From an uncultured Clostridia bacterium (lineage in GTDB: Bacteria; Bacillota; Dehalobacteriia; UBA4068), in contig CALXSV010000094.1 of NCBI GenBank assembly GCA_944391235.1, forward strand, positions 1 through 45,383: 45,383 bases of DNA, written 5' to 3'. Shown here in pieces: positions 18,712 through 27,907 of this stretch (position 1 is the stretch's first letter; each line of letters opens with the position of its first letter). The notes below the pieces were generated by a model. The model was not told the DNA's origin and did not search any database. It was given only the letters and a program-made list of their open reading frames with translations. A program made the translations under genes and the position numbers.

Positions 18712-20004
18712 ATGAGGATTGCTGTGAATTTTTTAGCTAACCTTCCGTTCGCCTTTGCGACGGCCGAGGCCACAAAGATTGAGTACAATTTTATTCAGAA
18801 ATTTTTTATCTGGATATTGGAAACGCTGTATAAATTTACGGAAGCCATTGGTAGTCCCAACTGGATTTTAACGATTTTTATTTTTACCATTATTGTTCGT
18901 CTGCTCATGCAGCCCTTGCTGAGTAAGCAGATGCGTTCTTCCCGGCGTATGCAAATGTTGGCCCCGCAGTTGGAGGTGCTGAAGAAAAGATATGGCGCCG
19001 ACCAGGTCAAGCTGAATGCAGAAATGATGAAGCTGTATAAGGCGCATAACATAAAACCCACTGCCGGCTGCCTGCCCATGCTGATTCAGCTGCTGGTTAT
19101 GTGGTGCCTGTATAGTTCGCTACGCACCTATGTGCCGGCTGACCCCTCCTTCTTTAATTTCCCGCTGTTAGGTGTGGATAATCTCTCCATGCTCTGCTCG
19201 CAGATGACGATGTGGAATGGCTGGAGCGGTTGGCTGCTGCCTGTATTATGCGGTTTGTCCACCTTTGTTTCCCAGTATGTAATGATTGCCAATAAAAAGG
19301 ATAAAACACAGCGCATGATGCTGATTATCACGCCCATTATGTTCGCGTACTTTGTCCATCAGTTCCAGGTGCTTGTTGCTATTTATTGGTTCTTCTACAA
19401 CATTATTTCTCTGCTTATTCAGTATCCGCTGATGAAGCGCTGGGAGCGCATTGACCGCGCGGAAATTGAGCGCGTTCAGGCAGAGCGCGAGGCCAAGGAA
19501 CGAGCCCGTAAGGAAAAGAAGGCTGCGGCTAAGGCCAAGGCTGAGGAAAAACGTCTGGCTGCTTTAAAGAGCGGTAAACCGGCTCCGCCCGTAGAGCGTC
19601 CGGAAGAGTTCGACTTCTTTGCTGAGGATGAGGATGGCAATACGGATTTCAACAAGATGATTTACGACTGGGTTGAGTGGAAGGGCTGGACCATCCGCCG
19701 TAAGAAGGAGAAGCTGCACCCCTGGTCGGAAGAGGAAGAAATTGTCGAGACCATCATTACCGATGAGGGCGAGGAATTGAGCGCAGATCAGGCGCATCAT
19801 TACTTTGATGTGGAATTGAAAGCTGCTTATCAGGAGCAAGCCAAAGATCTTAGCAGCGCTGTTTCGCCCTTAGGCGGTCTGTTTGGAAAGCGCAAGAAAA
19901 AGCAGCAGCAGGAGAACGCTGTGCAGCCGCAAGTAGACGCAGCGGATGCCCAGCCGGAGGAATCGTCTTCTGCTGAGATAAAAAACGAGGGCAGCGCTGA
20001 GTAA
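18712..20004 (+). CDS. yidC: YidC/Oxa1 membrane insertase with a C-terminal extension of about 185 aa, largely charged
   Basis: Core motifs ILTIFIFTIIVRLLMQPL and KPTAGCLPMLIQLLV, five TM segments, then RWERIDRAEIERVQAEREAKERARKEKKAAAKAKAEEKR... continuing to the stop. Confidence 0.85.
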   Translation: MRIAVNFLANLPFAFATAEATKIEYNFIQKFFIWILETLYKFTEAIGSPNWILTIFIFTIIVRLLMQPLLSKQMRSSRRMQMLAPQLEVLKKRYGADQVKLNAEMMKLYKAHNIKPTAGCLPMLIQLLVMWCLYSSLRTYVPADPSFFNFPLLGVDNLSMLCSQMTMWNGWSGWLLPVLCGLSTFVSQYVMIANKKDKTQRMMLIITPIMFAYFVHQFQVLVAIYWFFYNIISLLIQYPLMKRWERIDRAEIERVQAEREAKERARKEKKAAAKAKAEEKRLAALKSGKPAPPVERPEEFDFFAEDEDGNTDFNKMIYDWVEWKGWTIRRKKEKLHPWSEEEEIVETIITDEGEELSADQAHHYFDVELKAAYQEQAKDLSSAVSPLGGLFGKRKKKQQQENAVQPQVDAADAQPEESSSAEIKNEGSAE

Positions 20005-20027
20005 TTGCGGCCTGAGGAGGTTTTAGT

Positions 20028-21095
20028 ATGCGTAAAGAATATGAAGCCAGTGGCAAAACGGTTGACGAGGCCATTGATGCCGCCTGTATATTGGCGAATA
20101 CTACCATTGATATGGTGGAAGTAGAGGTTTTGGAATTTGGCTCTAAAGGTCTGTTTGGTCTGGGTGCGAAAAACGCCCGCGTGCGGGTCGTGGTAAACGA
20201 GCCGGACCCAGTAGAAGCTCCACCCAAGGTTGCATCTGCTGCCAGTACCTTTGGTACCAAAAAGAGCAAAAAGGAGCGCCTGGAGCAGAAGGAAAAGAAA
20301 AAGGAAGAGCTGGAGATTAAGCCAGTTGTGGTGGTAGATCCCGCCACCGTTACGCCAGAGCAGGCTGCACAGGTGCAGGAGCAGACAAAAGCACAGCAAA
20401 GCCGTCAGGCGCGGCGTCGCGGTAACCGATCCCAGCGTGAGGATCAGCATGAATCTGCTGAGCCGCGCGAGCAGAAGAAGGCGCAGGCCGCAGCCGAGCG
20501 TCCGCGCCGTGAATCGCGCGCCAGTGCGGTTACAGAAGGCGAGGTAGCGGACACCATGACCACGGAGGCCATGACTTTCCTTCTGCCGATTTTTGATAAA
20601 TTGCAGATTGAGCCACAGGTTTCTACTTCTGTACAGGATGGAATTTTATGGCTTAATTTCAGCGGTCAGAATATGGGCCTGCTGATTGGACGCCGCGGCG
20701 AGACCTTGGATGCCTTACAGTATTTAACCAATCTGGTGGTCAATAAAAAGCATAAAGAGCATGTACGGCTTATCTTGAATGTGGAGGGCTATCGGGAGAG
20801 CCGTGAGGAAACGCTGATTACGCTGGCGCACAAAATGGCGGACAAGGCAGTTAAATCCGGTCGTCGCGTAGAGCTTAAGCCTATGAATCCGCACGAACGC
20901 CGGGTCATTCATATTGCTCTACAGGACGATAAGCGGGTTGAGACCAGCAGCCATGGCGAGGAGCCTTACCGCTGTGTGGTAATTAGTTGCAAACGTGCGC
21001 GCCGCGACCGTCGTTCGCGTCGTTCTTCCAACCGGCAGCCTGCTGCTACAGCAGTGGCTGCGGAAAACTCGGAAAATCCGGAGAATGCGGAATAA
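20028..21095 (+). CDS. jag: Jag/KhpB RNA-binding protein (Jag_N, KH, R3H) with a long K/E/Q-rich linker
   Basis: N-terminal EASGKTVDEAIDAA, KH-like GRRGETLDALQYL, R3H ELKPMNPHERRVIHIAL. A low-complexity insert of about 115 aa lies between the N domain and KH. Confidence 0.85.
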   Translation: MRKEYEASGKTVDEAIDAACILANTTIDMVEVEVLEFGSKGLFGLGAKNARVRVVVNEPDPVEAPPKVASAASTFGTKKSKKERLEQKEKKKEELEIKPVVVVDPATVTPEQAAQVQEQTKAQQSRQARRRGNRSQREDQHESAEPREQKKAQAAAERPRRESRASAVTEGEVADTMTTEAMTFLLPIFDKLQIEPQVSTSVQDGILWLNFSGQNMGLLIGRRGETLDALQYLTNLVVNKKHKEHVRLILNVEGYRESREETLITLAHKMADKAVKSGRRVELKPMNPHERRVIHIALQDDKRVETSSHGEEPYRCVVISCKRARRDRRSRRSSNRQPAATAVAAENSENPENAE

Positions 21096-21110
21096 TGTAC
21101 AGATTGGTTT

Positions 21111-21159
21111 GTTGCCCCTCATCCAACTTGCGGAATTTGAGGGGCAACAAATTTTTTTT
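21111..21159 (+). terminator. Rho-independent terminator after jag
   Basis: GTTGCCCCTCA - 16-nt loop - TGAGGGGCAAC followed by AAATTTTTTTT. Confidence 0.8.
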
Positions 21160-21178
21160 ACTTTTTTGCAAAAAGGAC

Positions 21179-21207
21179 TTGCTAAATCGGTTATAATACG
21201 GTATAAT
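21179..21207 (+). promoter_or_regulatory. Sigma-A promoter for tRNA-Thr(GGU)
   Basis: TTGCTA - 17 nt - TATAAT, 25 nt upstream of the tRNA 5' end. Confidence 0.6.
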
Positions 21208-21232
21208 AATTTTCGTCGCGGTTGCAAGCTGT

Positions 21233-21308
<76 letters not shown>

Positions 21309-21313
21309 GATAA

Positions 21314-21346
21314 AAGGACCCTGCAAATTGGCAGGGTCCTTTTTTG
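21314..21346 (+). terminator. Terminator after tRNA-Thr
   Basis: AAGGACCCTGC - loop - GCAGGGTCCTT followed by TTTTTG. Confidence 0.8.
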
Positions 21347-21718
21347 TTTGTGCACGCCATTTTGTCCTTCTGATTGTCGGATATTTTTGGTATGTTTAGT
21401 TTGTGGAGCGCATATTTGCCCCAAATGCGCGTATTTGGGGGATGGACTAGATTATATTAACATCTCTCAAGGCCGCACTTTTCTGAGAACCTGTATTTTC
21501 CGCAAGCGGCTTGGACAAATTCTTCAATAAGATTGGCTCGTAGCTTTTCTGTATTTCTGGGGCTTTGAAAAGAGAAAATATGCATAGAAATGAAATTTTT
21601 TATTTTAATAGAACTTATTATGCAGGAATTTGTCACTATTTTGCGGAATATTTAACGCTTACTATCCAAAATCGCTTATAAATAATCTAATAGAAAAGAC
21701 GAACAGGAGGACGTTGTG

Positions 21719-22693
21719 ATGATAAAGATTGCAATTTTCGGTTATGGAAATATTGCCCGTGGCGTGGAAGCTGCGGTAAATAGTAGTACGGATATGGAGC
21801 TCGTGGCTGTCTTTACCCGCCGTAATCCGGACACCGTACAGATTGCCAGTGCGGGCGTACCTGTTTTGGGTTTATCTGATTTGGATAACTGGACGGATAA
21901 GGTGGATGTAATGGTGATTTGCGGCGGCAGCGCAACGGATTTGCCGGAGCTTACACCTATGTTGGCCGCTAAATTTAATGTGGTGGATAGCTTTGATACA
22001 CATGCCACCATACCTCAGCATTTTGCCAATGTGCAGACTGCGGCAGCACAGTCCGGGCATTTGGCTATGACCTCATCCGGCTGGGATCCGGGCCTGTTTT
22101 CTCTGGCCCGGGTGTATGCGCAGGCTGTATTGCCGCAGGGCGAAAGCTATACCTTTTGGGGCCGCGGCGTTAGTCAGGGGCATTCGGATGCGGTTCGCCG
22201 CATTGCCGGCGTAGTGGATTGCCGTCAGTATACCGTACCCATTGAGGCTGCCATGCAGCGTGTGCGCAACGGCGAGCAGCCGCATCTTAGCACAGGAGAA
22301 AAGCATACGCGCGAGTGCTACGTGGTTGCAGAGGAGGGCGCAGATTTAGAGCGCATTACCCGGGAAATAAAGACCATGCCCAATTATTTTGACGAATATG
22401 AGACCAGCGTACATTTTATTACTGCGCAGGAAATGGCAGCGCAGCATAGCGCTATGCCGCACGGTGGCTTTGTTATCCGCAGTGGTAATACCCAGCATGC
22501 TCAGCATGTGATTGAGTATTCGCTTAAGCTGGAGTCTAATCCGGAATTTACCGGCAGTGTGCTGGCCGCTTATGCTCGCGCGATTCATCGCCTGCATGCC
22601 AAAGGGCAGATTGGCTGCGTGACTGTTTTGGATGTACCCCCAGCTGCTATTTCTCCATTGGATGCGGATGAGTTGCGCGCGCATTATCTGTAA
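21719..22693 (+). CDS. ddh: meso-Diaminopimelate D-dehydrogenase
   Basis: IKIAIFGYGNIARGVE, VMVICGGSATDLPE, SSGWDPGLFSLARVY, FWGRGVSQGHSDAVRRI and MPHGGFVI closely follow the Corynebacterium Ddh pattern. AGGAGG lies 8 nt before the ATG at 21719. Confidence 0.9.
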   Translation: MIKIAIFGYGNIARGVEAAVNSSTDMELVAVFTRRNPDTVQIASAGVPVLGLSDLDNWTDKVDVMVICGGSATDLPELTPMLAAKFNVVDSFDTHATIPQHFANVQTAAAQSGHLAMTSSGWDPGLFSLARVYAQAVLPQGESYTFWGRGVSQGHSDAVRRIAGVVDCRQYTVPIEAAMQRVRNGEQPHLSTGEKHTRECYVVAEEGADLERITREIKTMPNYFDEYETSVHFITAQEMAAQHSAMPHGGFVIRSGNTQHAQHVIEYSLKLESNPEFTGSVLAAYARAIHRLHAKGQIGCVTVLDVPPAAISPLDADELRAHYL

Positions 22694-22737
22694 TCGCTAA
22701 ACAACAAAGGAGTTTAAATACAGGGGGATAGCAAGCA

Positions 22738-24036
22738 ATGTTACATTCTAATCTTGGCATCAATGAACAGGGACATCTAACCTTTGCCGGTCAGGATACG
22801 GTGGATTTGGCTAAGCGCTTTGGCACTGCTCTGTATCTGTTAGATGAGGAGCGCATACGCGCCAACTGCCGTCGTTACCGCAAGGCCCTGCGCGAAAATT
22901 TTTCTGCTGATTCTTTACCCCTCTATGCCAGCAAGGCTTTGTCCTTCACCGGAATTTACCGGATTATGGCAGAGGAGGGCATGGGGGTTGACGCAGTATC
23001 TTGCGGTGAAATTTACACGGCTCTTAAAGCGGATTTTCCGGCAGAACGCATTTATTTTCATGGCAATAATAAAACGGACGAGGATATTCGCTATGCCATT
23101 GACCATCAGGTCGGCTGCTTTATTGTCGATAATGCTGAGGAGCTGCGTGCCATCAGCGCCTATGCCGGACAAAAGGGCATAACGCAAAAGATTCTTGTAC
23201 GCTTGACGCCGGGCATTGACCCGCATACCTTTGCTGCGGTGAATACCGGAAAAATCGATTCGCAGTTCGGCCAGCCTATTGAAACCGGACAGGCTGCTGC
23301 CTTTATTCGCGAGGTACTGGTTACGGAGCATGTTCAGCTGTTGGGCTATCATTGCCACATTGGATCGCAGATTTTTGATTGGGTACCCTTCCGTGATGCT
23401 GCGGAAATTGTGCTGCGTTTTAGCGCGCAGATACGCGATAGCTTGGGCTTTTGTGCACAGGTGCTGAACTTGGGCGGCGGCTTTGGGGTACGCTATGTGG
23501 AAGCGGATCCACCGCAGCCAGATGTGGCTGCTTATATTAGCCAGCTAGCGCAGTATATGCGTAGCCGCTGCTCCGAGCTGAATCTACCCTTGCCCACTGT
23601 TCTGATGGAGCCAGGGCGCAGCATAGTGGCGGATGCAGGTCTTACCCTGTATACAGTGGGCGGAGTAAAGACCATTGAGGGCTATCGTAGCTATGTGACT
23701 GTGGATGGCGGTATGACCGATAACCCGCGCTATGCACTGTACGGATCTCCCTACACGGTGATGTTGGCTAACCGCATGAACGATAAAGCGGATTTTTGCT
23801 GTACTGTGGCAGGGCGCTGCTGTGAATCTGGCGCACTGATTCAGGAGAATGTCATGCTGCCGCGAGCCTGTCGCGGTGATATCCTGGCTGTAGCGGTTAC
23901 AGGTGCATATAATTTTTCCATGGCCTCTAACTATAACCGTTTGTGCCGTCCGGGGATTGTCATGCTTAAGGATGGACAGGCCAACGTGGTGGTACGCCGG
24001 CAGACTTTTGCCGATTTAACGGCCTGCGATTTATAG
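22738..24036 (+). CDS. lysA: Diaminopimelate decarboxylase
   Basis: Fold-III PLP decarboxylase: YASKAL (PLP Lys), HCHIGSQ, LNLGGGFGV, EPGRSIVA, CESGA. Confidence 0.9.
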   Translation: MLHSNLGINEQGHLTFAGQDTVDLAKRFGTALYLLDEERIRANCRRYRKALRENFSADSLPLYASKALSFTGIYRIMAEEGMGVDAVSCGEIYTALKADFPAERIYFHGNNKTDEDIRYAIDHQVGCFIVDNAEELRAISAYAGQKGITQKILVRLTPGIDPHTFAAVNTGKIDSQFGQPIETGQAAAFIREVLVTEHVQLLGYHCHIGSQIFDWVPFRDAAEIVLRFSAQIRDSLGFCAQVLNLGGGFGVRYVEADPPQPDVAAYISQLAQYMRSRCSELNLPLPTVLMEPGRSIVADAGLTLYTVGGVKTIEGYRSYVTVDGGMTDNPRYALYGSPYTVMLANRMNDKADFCCTVAGRCCESGALIQENVMLPRACRGDILAVAVTGAYNFSMASNYNRLCRPGIVMLKDGQANVVVRRQTFADLTACDL

Positions 24037-24080
24037 TTTTTGTGCAGGTGCATTTATTAAAAGGTGTCGTATATAACGGA

Positions 24081-24110
24081 AAAAGAGCCAGCGTATGCTG
24101 GCTCTTTTTC
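24081..24110. terminator. Bidirectional terminator between lysA and the LysR gene
   Basis: AAAAAGAGCCAGC-GTAT-GCTGGCTCTTTTT, flanked by an A-run and a T-run. Confidence 0.8.
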
Positions 24111-24149
24111 CATATGGAGTTGGTCGTCAAATCGAATAAGGTTAGTTGC

Positions 24150-25112
24150 TTAATTTACGACAATGGAGAATTCTTCGATAGCGTCTCCATTGTCATCGTC
24201 TGGTGTAGTATTCGCATCAACGGAAGTCTGTATATCGTACAGGGAGAGGAATAGCCGCAGAGTGCGGGTCACATAAGTATTGTCGTTCCATACCAGAGTG
24301 GGATAGCTAACCGCAGAAAAACCTTCGATGTTTTTAATAATGATATTCTGGTTGCTAAAACGGCGAGCAAAGTCCTGCGGTAGCAGCGCAGCTGCTACAC
24401 CGCCGTTGATAAAGGGCAGCGCGCCGATGGCGGTATTGCATTGCGCGACAATGCGCGGCAGAAAGCCGTGGCGCCGGCATTCATTGAGCAACATTTCATC
24501 GTTTACCCAAAATTTGCCATTGGTATTCATCATGCACATAGGAATATTGCGTAAATCATCCAGCGAAATGCTGCTTTCTCCCGGTGCCGGATCCAGCGCC
24601 GCAGGCATGATCAGCACCATGTCGCTGCCATATAATACGTGATAGCGTAGATTGTCACGCTCAAAACTGGGTGAATAGAGGTAGACAACATCCAACTCGC
24701 CCGTTTCCAGTGCCTCCATTAACTCATTATGCCGTCCCAGACGGATATCAAAGCTGACCTCTGGATATAGCTTGCTGAACCACTGAATTTTTTCCATGAG
24801 CAGCGCCAAACCGGAGTAATTTGTGCCAATACGCAGTTGGCCGCATTCGCCTTTGTCCCTTTCCAGCACCATTTCCTTCATTTCATTAACGCATTTAATA
24901 ACATAGCGGGATTTTTCGTATAAAACTTGGCCCGCCTCGGTAAGCTCAATGCCGCGGTTATTACGGCGAATTAAATCCACGCCTAATTCTTTTTCCAGCA
25001 TGGATATTTGCCGGGAAAGTGGTGGCTGCGCGATGTTAAGCTTGCGTGCCGCAAGGGAAATGTTCTTTTCTTCTGCAACGCGGACAAAAAATTCCAACTG
25101 CTTTAAATTCAT
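24150..25112 (-). CDS. LysR-family transcriptional regulator
   Basis: N-terminal wHTH MNLKQLEFFVRVAEEKNISLAARKLNIAQPPLSRQISMLEKELG followed by a LysR substrate-binding domain. Confidence 0.9.
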   Translation of the reverse strand: MNLKQLEFFVRVAEEKNISLAARKLNIAQPPLSRQISMLEKELGVDLIRRNNRGIELTEAGQVLYEKSRYVIKCVNEMKEMVLERDKGECGQLRIGTNYSGLALLMEKIQWFSKLYPEVSFDIRLGRHNELMEALETGELDVVYLYSPSFERDNLRYHVLYGSDMVLIMPAALDPAPGESSISLDDLRNIPMCMMNTNGKFWVNDEMLLNECRRHGFLPRIVAQCNTAIGALPFINGGVAAALLPQDFARRFSNQNIIIKNIEGFSAVSYPTLVWNDNTYVTRTLRLFLSLYDIQTSVDANTTPDDDNGDAIEEFSIVVN

Positions 25113-25353
25113 GGTGACAATCCTCTCTTATAAAAAAAACGGTATATCCATTAAGCTTATCACTACAATTTTATTATACAATTCCTGGTTCTTATATGCA
25201 AGAGAAATCTTATATTCTTCCTATTTCATAACATCTTTTTTACATAGTCTGAGGCAGCAGGCTGTTATGGACCATGCGTGCTGCTGCTGCATAGGATGAA
25301 GTAAGCCCGTGTCTGCGGATGGTCGGGCAATCTGCAAATAATGAGGTGACTTT

Positions 25354-26502
25354 ATGATATATCTGGATAATGCAGCGGGCAGCTATCCCAAGCCGCGCCA
25401 GGTTAGTGCAACCTTGGCCCGTGCCCTGGAGGAATATGGCGCAAATCCTGGGCGGGGTGGTTATGCACTGGTTCGTAAAACAGAGGCTATGTGTGAGGAA
25501 GTGCGGCATCAATTAGCCCGCTTAATTGGTGCGGACGATGCGCAGCGCATTGTGTTTACCGCCGGAGCCACTGCCAGCCTGAATATGGCGGTATGGGGGC
25601 TGTTGCAGGGGGGCGGGCATGCGATTTGCAGCTCTATGGAGCATAATGCCCTGTTTCGTCCTTTGGCAGTGCTGGCAGATGCCGGCCGGATCAGCTTGAG
25701 CGTGGTTGATGCAGATGCCTGGGGCTATGTGCAAGCTGCGGATATTGCCGCGGCGCTGCGTCCTTCTACACGTTTGATTGCCCTGAGCCATGCCTCCAAT
25801 GTCTGCGGCAGTGTACAGCCGATTGCCGAGGTTGGACAAATTGCCCGGCAGGCGGATGTGCCGTTTTTGGTAGATGCCGCACAAAGTGCAGGCCTTTTGC
25901 CATTGGATGTACAGGATATGGGTATTTCCCTGCTGGCTTTGGCTGGACATAAGGCGCTTTATGGACCTGCTGGGATTGGCGCTCTGTATGTCGCTGAGGG
26001 ATTGGAGCTTACCCCTCTGATTTCCGGAGGCGGTGCTGCCTCGGAATTGCGGCATCAGCCGGAATATTATCCCCAGAGACTGGAGGCAGGTAGCATTAAT
26101 ACCTCTGGGATTGCAGCCTGGGGCGAGGCGCTGCATGTGGTAGAAAAGATTGGTGTGGAGCAGCTGTACCGGCATGCCAGCATGCTGGTTGCGCGTTTGG
26201 CCGCGCAGCTACGCTGTTTGCCGGGCGTGCATTTGCATTTGCGTGCGGATGAGCAGCGGCCGCGCGTACCTGTGCTGTCCGCTACCATTGACGGCATTAC
26301 TGCCAATCAGGCGGCCGAGGCTTTAGACCGCCGCGGAATTTGCGTGCGCGCCGGATATCAGTGCGCGCCGCTGGCACACCGTACCCTGGGGAGCTATGAG
26401 GAAGGTAGTCTGCGCTTTTCTCCGGGGTGGTATAATACAGCCGTGGATATTGATTTTACTGCGCAGGCAGTGGCAGAATTAATTGCTGAGCTACGCGCTT
26501 AA
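25354..26502 (+). CDS. Class-V aminotransferase / cysteine desulfurase family protein
   Basis: IYLDNAAGSYP, SHASNVCG, LAGHKALYGPAGIGALY (PLP Lys), VRAGYQCAP (candidate persulfide Cys). Divergent from the LysR gene. Confidence 0.8.
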   Translation: MIYLDNAAGSYPKPRQVSATLARALEEYGANPGRGGYALVRKTEAMCEEVRHQLARLIGADDAQRIVFTAGATASLNMAVWGLLQGGGHAICSSMEHNALFRPLAVLADAGRISLSVVDADAWGYVQAADIAAALRPSTRLIALSHASNVCGSVQPIAEVGQIARQADVPFLVDAAQSAGLLPLDVQDMGISLLALAGHKALYGPAGIGALYVAEGLELTPLISGGGAASELRHQPEYYPQRLEAGSINTSGIAAWGEALHVVEKIGVEQLYRHASMLVARLAAQLRCLPGVHLHLRADEQRPRVPVLSATIDGITANQAAEALDRRGICVRAGYQCAPLAHRTLGSYEEGSLRFSPGWYNTAVDIDFTAQAVAELIAELRA

Positions 26503-26582
26503 TTTTTCTTGGTAAGGATTTGTCTGGATGGCGGCACATTGTCGCGTGTTCTGCATACACTGGAGTATAAGGGGGTGAGGGC

Positions 26583-27266
26583 ATGGATACGGGGAATATA
26601 ATGCAGTTGATGCAGACGCTTTCCTCCCTGCAGGGTGGTGGCCCTGCTCCTGGAGCTGGTGGTGGAGGCGGCCTATCCGCTCTATCTGGGCTGGCTGGAT
26701 TGGGTGCTTTGGGCGGTCTGGGCAACGCCGGCGCTTCTGCTCCTGCTGGTGGTGGTCTGAGCGCCCTGAGCAGTCTGATGCCGCTGCTGAGCAGTTTACA
26801 GCAGCGCCCTGCAGCAGCCGCGTCCCAGCCGCAAAGCAGCAACACAGCGCCGCCATCGGCGGCAGCTGATGCAGCTTCTCCTACGTCGGCCAACGTAGAG
26901 CAGGCCAGCGTGACTGAAACCGCGAATCCAACAGATACTGCACCGCAGACTGAACAACCAAGCGTGTCGCCAGTGCAGGATACAGCGGCTGTGCAGCCTT
27001 CAGCGCCGCAAGCTTCTGCCAAAGCAAAGGGTTTTGACCCCTCTATCCTAACTATGCTGGGCAGTTTGGGGAGTCTTCTACGGTCGAACAATTCTGCGTC
27101 CAGCGCAGCCGCTCCAGATTCTGCTACTATGCAGCAGGAAGAAAATGTAGATGATGATTACTGTGCCTGTGACAGCTGTCAGCAGACCTGTTCGCGGCGT
27201 ATTGACGCGGTGCCCCTGTCTGAGGTGCGGCGTATGGCTGCAGAGTTCAGAAAAAACTTACCCTGA
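26583..27266 (+). CDS. Hypothetical low-complexity G/A/S/P/Q-rich protein with a C-terminal CxCxxCxxxC cluster
   Basis: AAGGGGGTGA SD before the ATG. A GGLSALS motif occurs twice, followed by a long A/P/S/Q/T tract, then DDDYCACDSCQQTCSRRID. No signal peptide is evident. Confidence 0.6.
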   Translation: MDTGNIMQLMQTLSSLQGGGPAPGAGGGGGLSALSGLAGLGALGGLGNAGASAPAGGGLSALSSLMPLLSSLQQRPAAAASQPQSSNTAPPSAAADAASPTSANVEQASVTETANPTDTAPQTEQPSVSPVQDTAAVQPSAPQASAKAKGFDPSILTMLGSLGSLLRSNNSASSAAAPDSATMQQEENVDDDYCACDSCQQTCSRRIDAVPLSEVRRMAAEFRKNLP

Positions 27267-27331
27267 TTTTTGGTAGAGGCGGATAGGCGTATTGTATTAT
27301 AGAAAAGAAAAAGGAAAAGGAGTTGTGCAGG

Positions 27332-27667
27332 ATGATAAAAGCAAACGGCAATGCCCGTCGGGCACGTCAGCAACATATGGAGCAAAAACAGCAGCGTCAA
27401 CAGCAACGGCAACAACAGCGGCAGCAACAAACGTCTACACAGGCCCAGCAACAACAGCAACAGGCTATGCCGCCGCTTCCGCAAATTAAGCAGCCACAAT
27501 CCACTGCGGATTTACGGCAAATTCTGCAGTTATACGGCAACAGCCTGAATGAGGAAAACAAATCCTTTATTAACGAGCTGATCAACAGTCTGGAAAATGG
27601 TGCAGACCGTAGCAGTCTAATTAACCTGGCCTCCCGCATGCAGGCCGCAGCCAGCAAAAAGCAGTAA
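27332..27667 (+). CDS. Hypothetical polyQ / (QQRQ)n protein with a helical C-terminal domain
   Basis: AAGGAG lies 9 nt before the ATG at 27332. Translation: MIKANGNARRARQQHMEQKQQRQQQRQQQRQQQTSTQAQQQQQQ... then LRQILQLYGNSLNEENKSFINELINSLENG. Confidence 0.6.
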   Translation: MIKANGNARRARQQHMEQKQQRQQQRQQQRQQQTSTQAQQQQQQAMPPLPQIKQPQSTADLRQILQLYGNSLNEENKSFINELINSLENGADRSSLINLASRMQAAASKKQ

Positions 27668-27750
27668 TCTGCTGTGCTGCGGCGTAGATTTGTCGTCTGC
27701 CCCTAGTGGAAAAATTTTTCCTGCCCCGCCAAAATTTATTTGTATCTACC

Positions 27751-27779
27751 TTGAAAAGAAAATTTTTCTGTGCTATAAT
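27751..27779 (+). promoter_or_regulatory. Sigma-A promoter of the ATPase leader
   Basis: TTGAAA (27751-27756) - 17 nt - TATAAT (27774-27779). Confidence 0.7.
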
Positions 27780-27785
27780 CGGAGA

Positions 27786-27907
27786 ATATAAGGGAGTAGT
27801 CAGCGCCTAAGGCGTGATGAAGTCAACAACCTCAAGCGTTATTTGCTTTGGCTTAATCTTAAATGACGAGACTTATCACTTTAGCAACTGATGGGTCTCT
27901 TTTTTTA
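27786..27907 (+). promoter_or_regulatory. Structured leader with intrinsic terminator; candidate yybP-ykoY (Mn2+) riboswitch
   Basis: AAGGGAGTAG lies about 10 nt after the -10 element. Local hairpin GCGCC-TAA-GGCGT. TTTAGCAAC motif. 11-bp terminator stem GAGACTTATCA / TGATGGGTCTC (27868-27899) followed by T8. The downstream gene is a P-type ATPase. Confidence 0.45.

Noticed and set aside
19830-20450. Two long minus-strand ORFs (206 and 165 aa) antisense to the yidC tail and jag linker
   Set aside because: Antisense reading of AAG/GAG-rich sequence yields Leu/Phe/Ser-rich open frames. They span the yidC-jag intergenic region with no start context.
21347-21718. Lysine riboswitch (L-box) upstream of ddh-lysA; also the hairpin/direct repeat GCGCATATTTGCCCCAAATGCGCGTATTTGGGGG at about 21409-21442
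   Set aside because: The L-box core motifs are absent and only an isolated TGTCAC is present. The hairpin could be a small structured element or an att remnant downstream of the tRNA-Thr gene, but I have no supporting evidence.
26456-27091. 211-aa and 121-aa minus-strand ORFs across the low-complexity gene and the aminotransferase 3' end
   Set aside because: These open frames arise from GC-rich, repeat-like codon composition. They overlap a well-supported coding region, and their translations are Pro/Ala/Cys junk with no SD.
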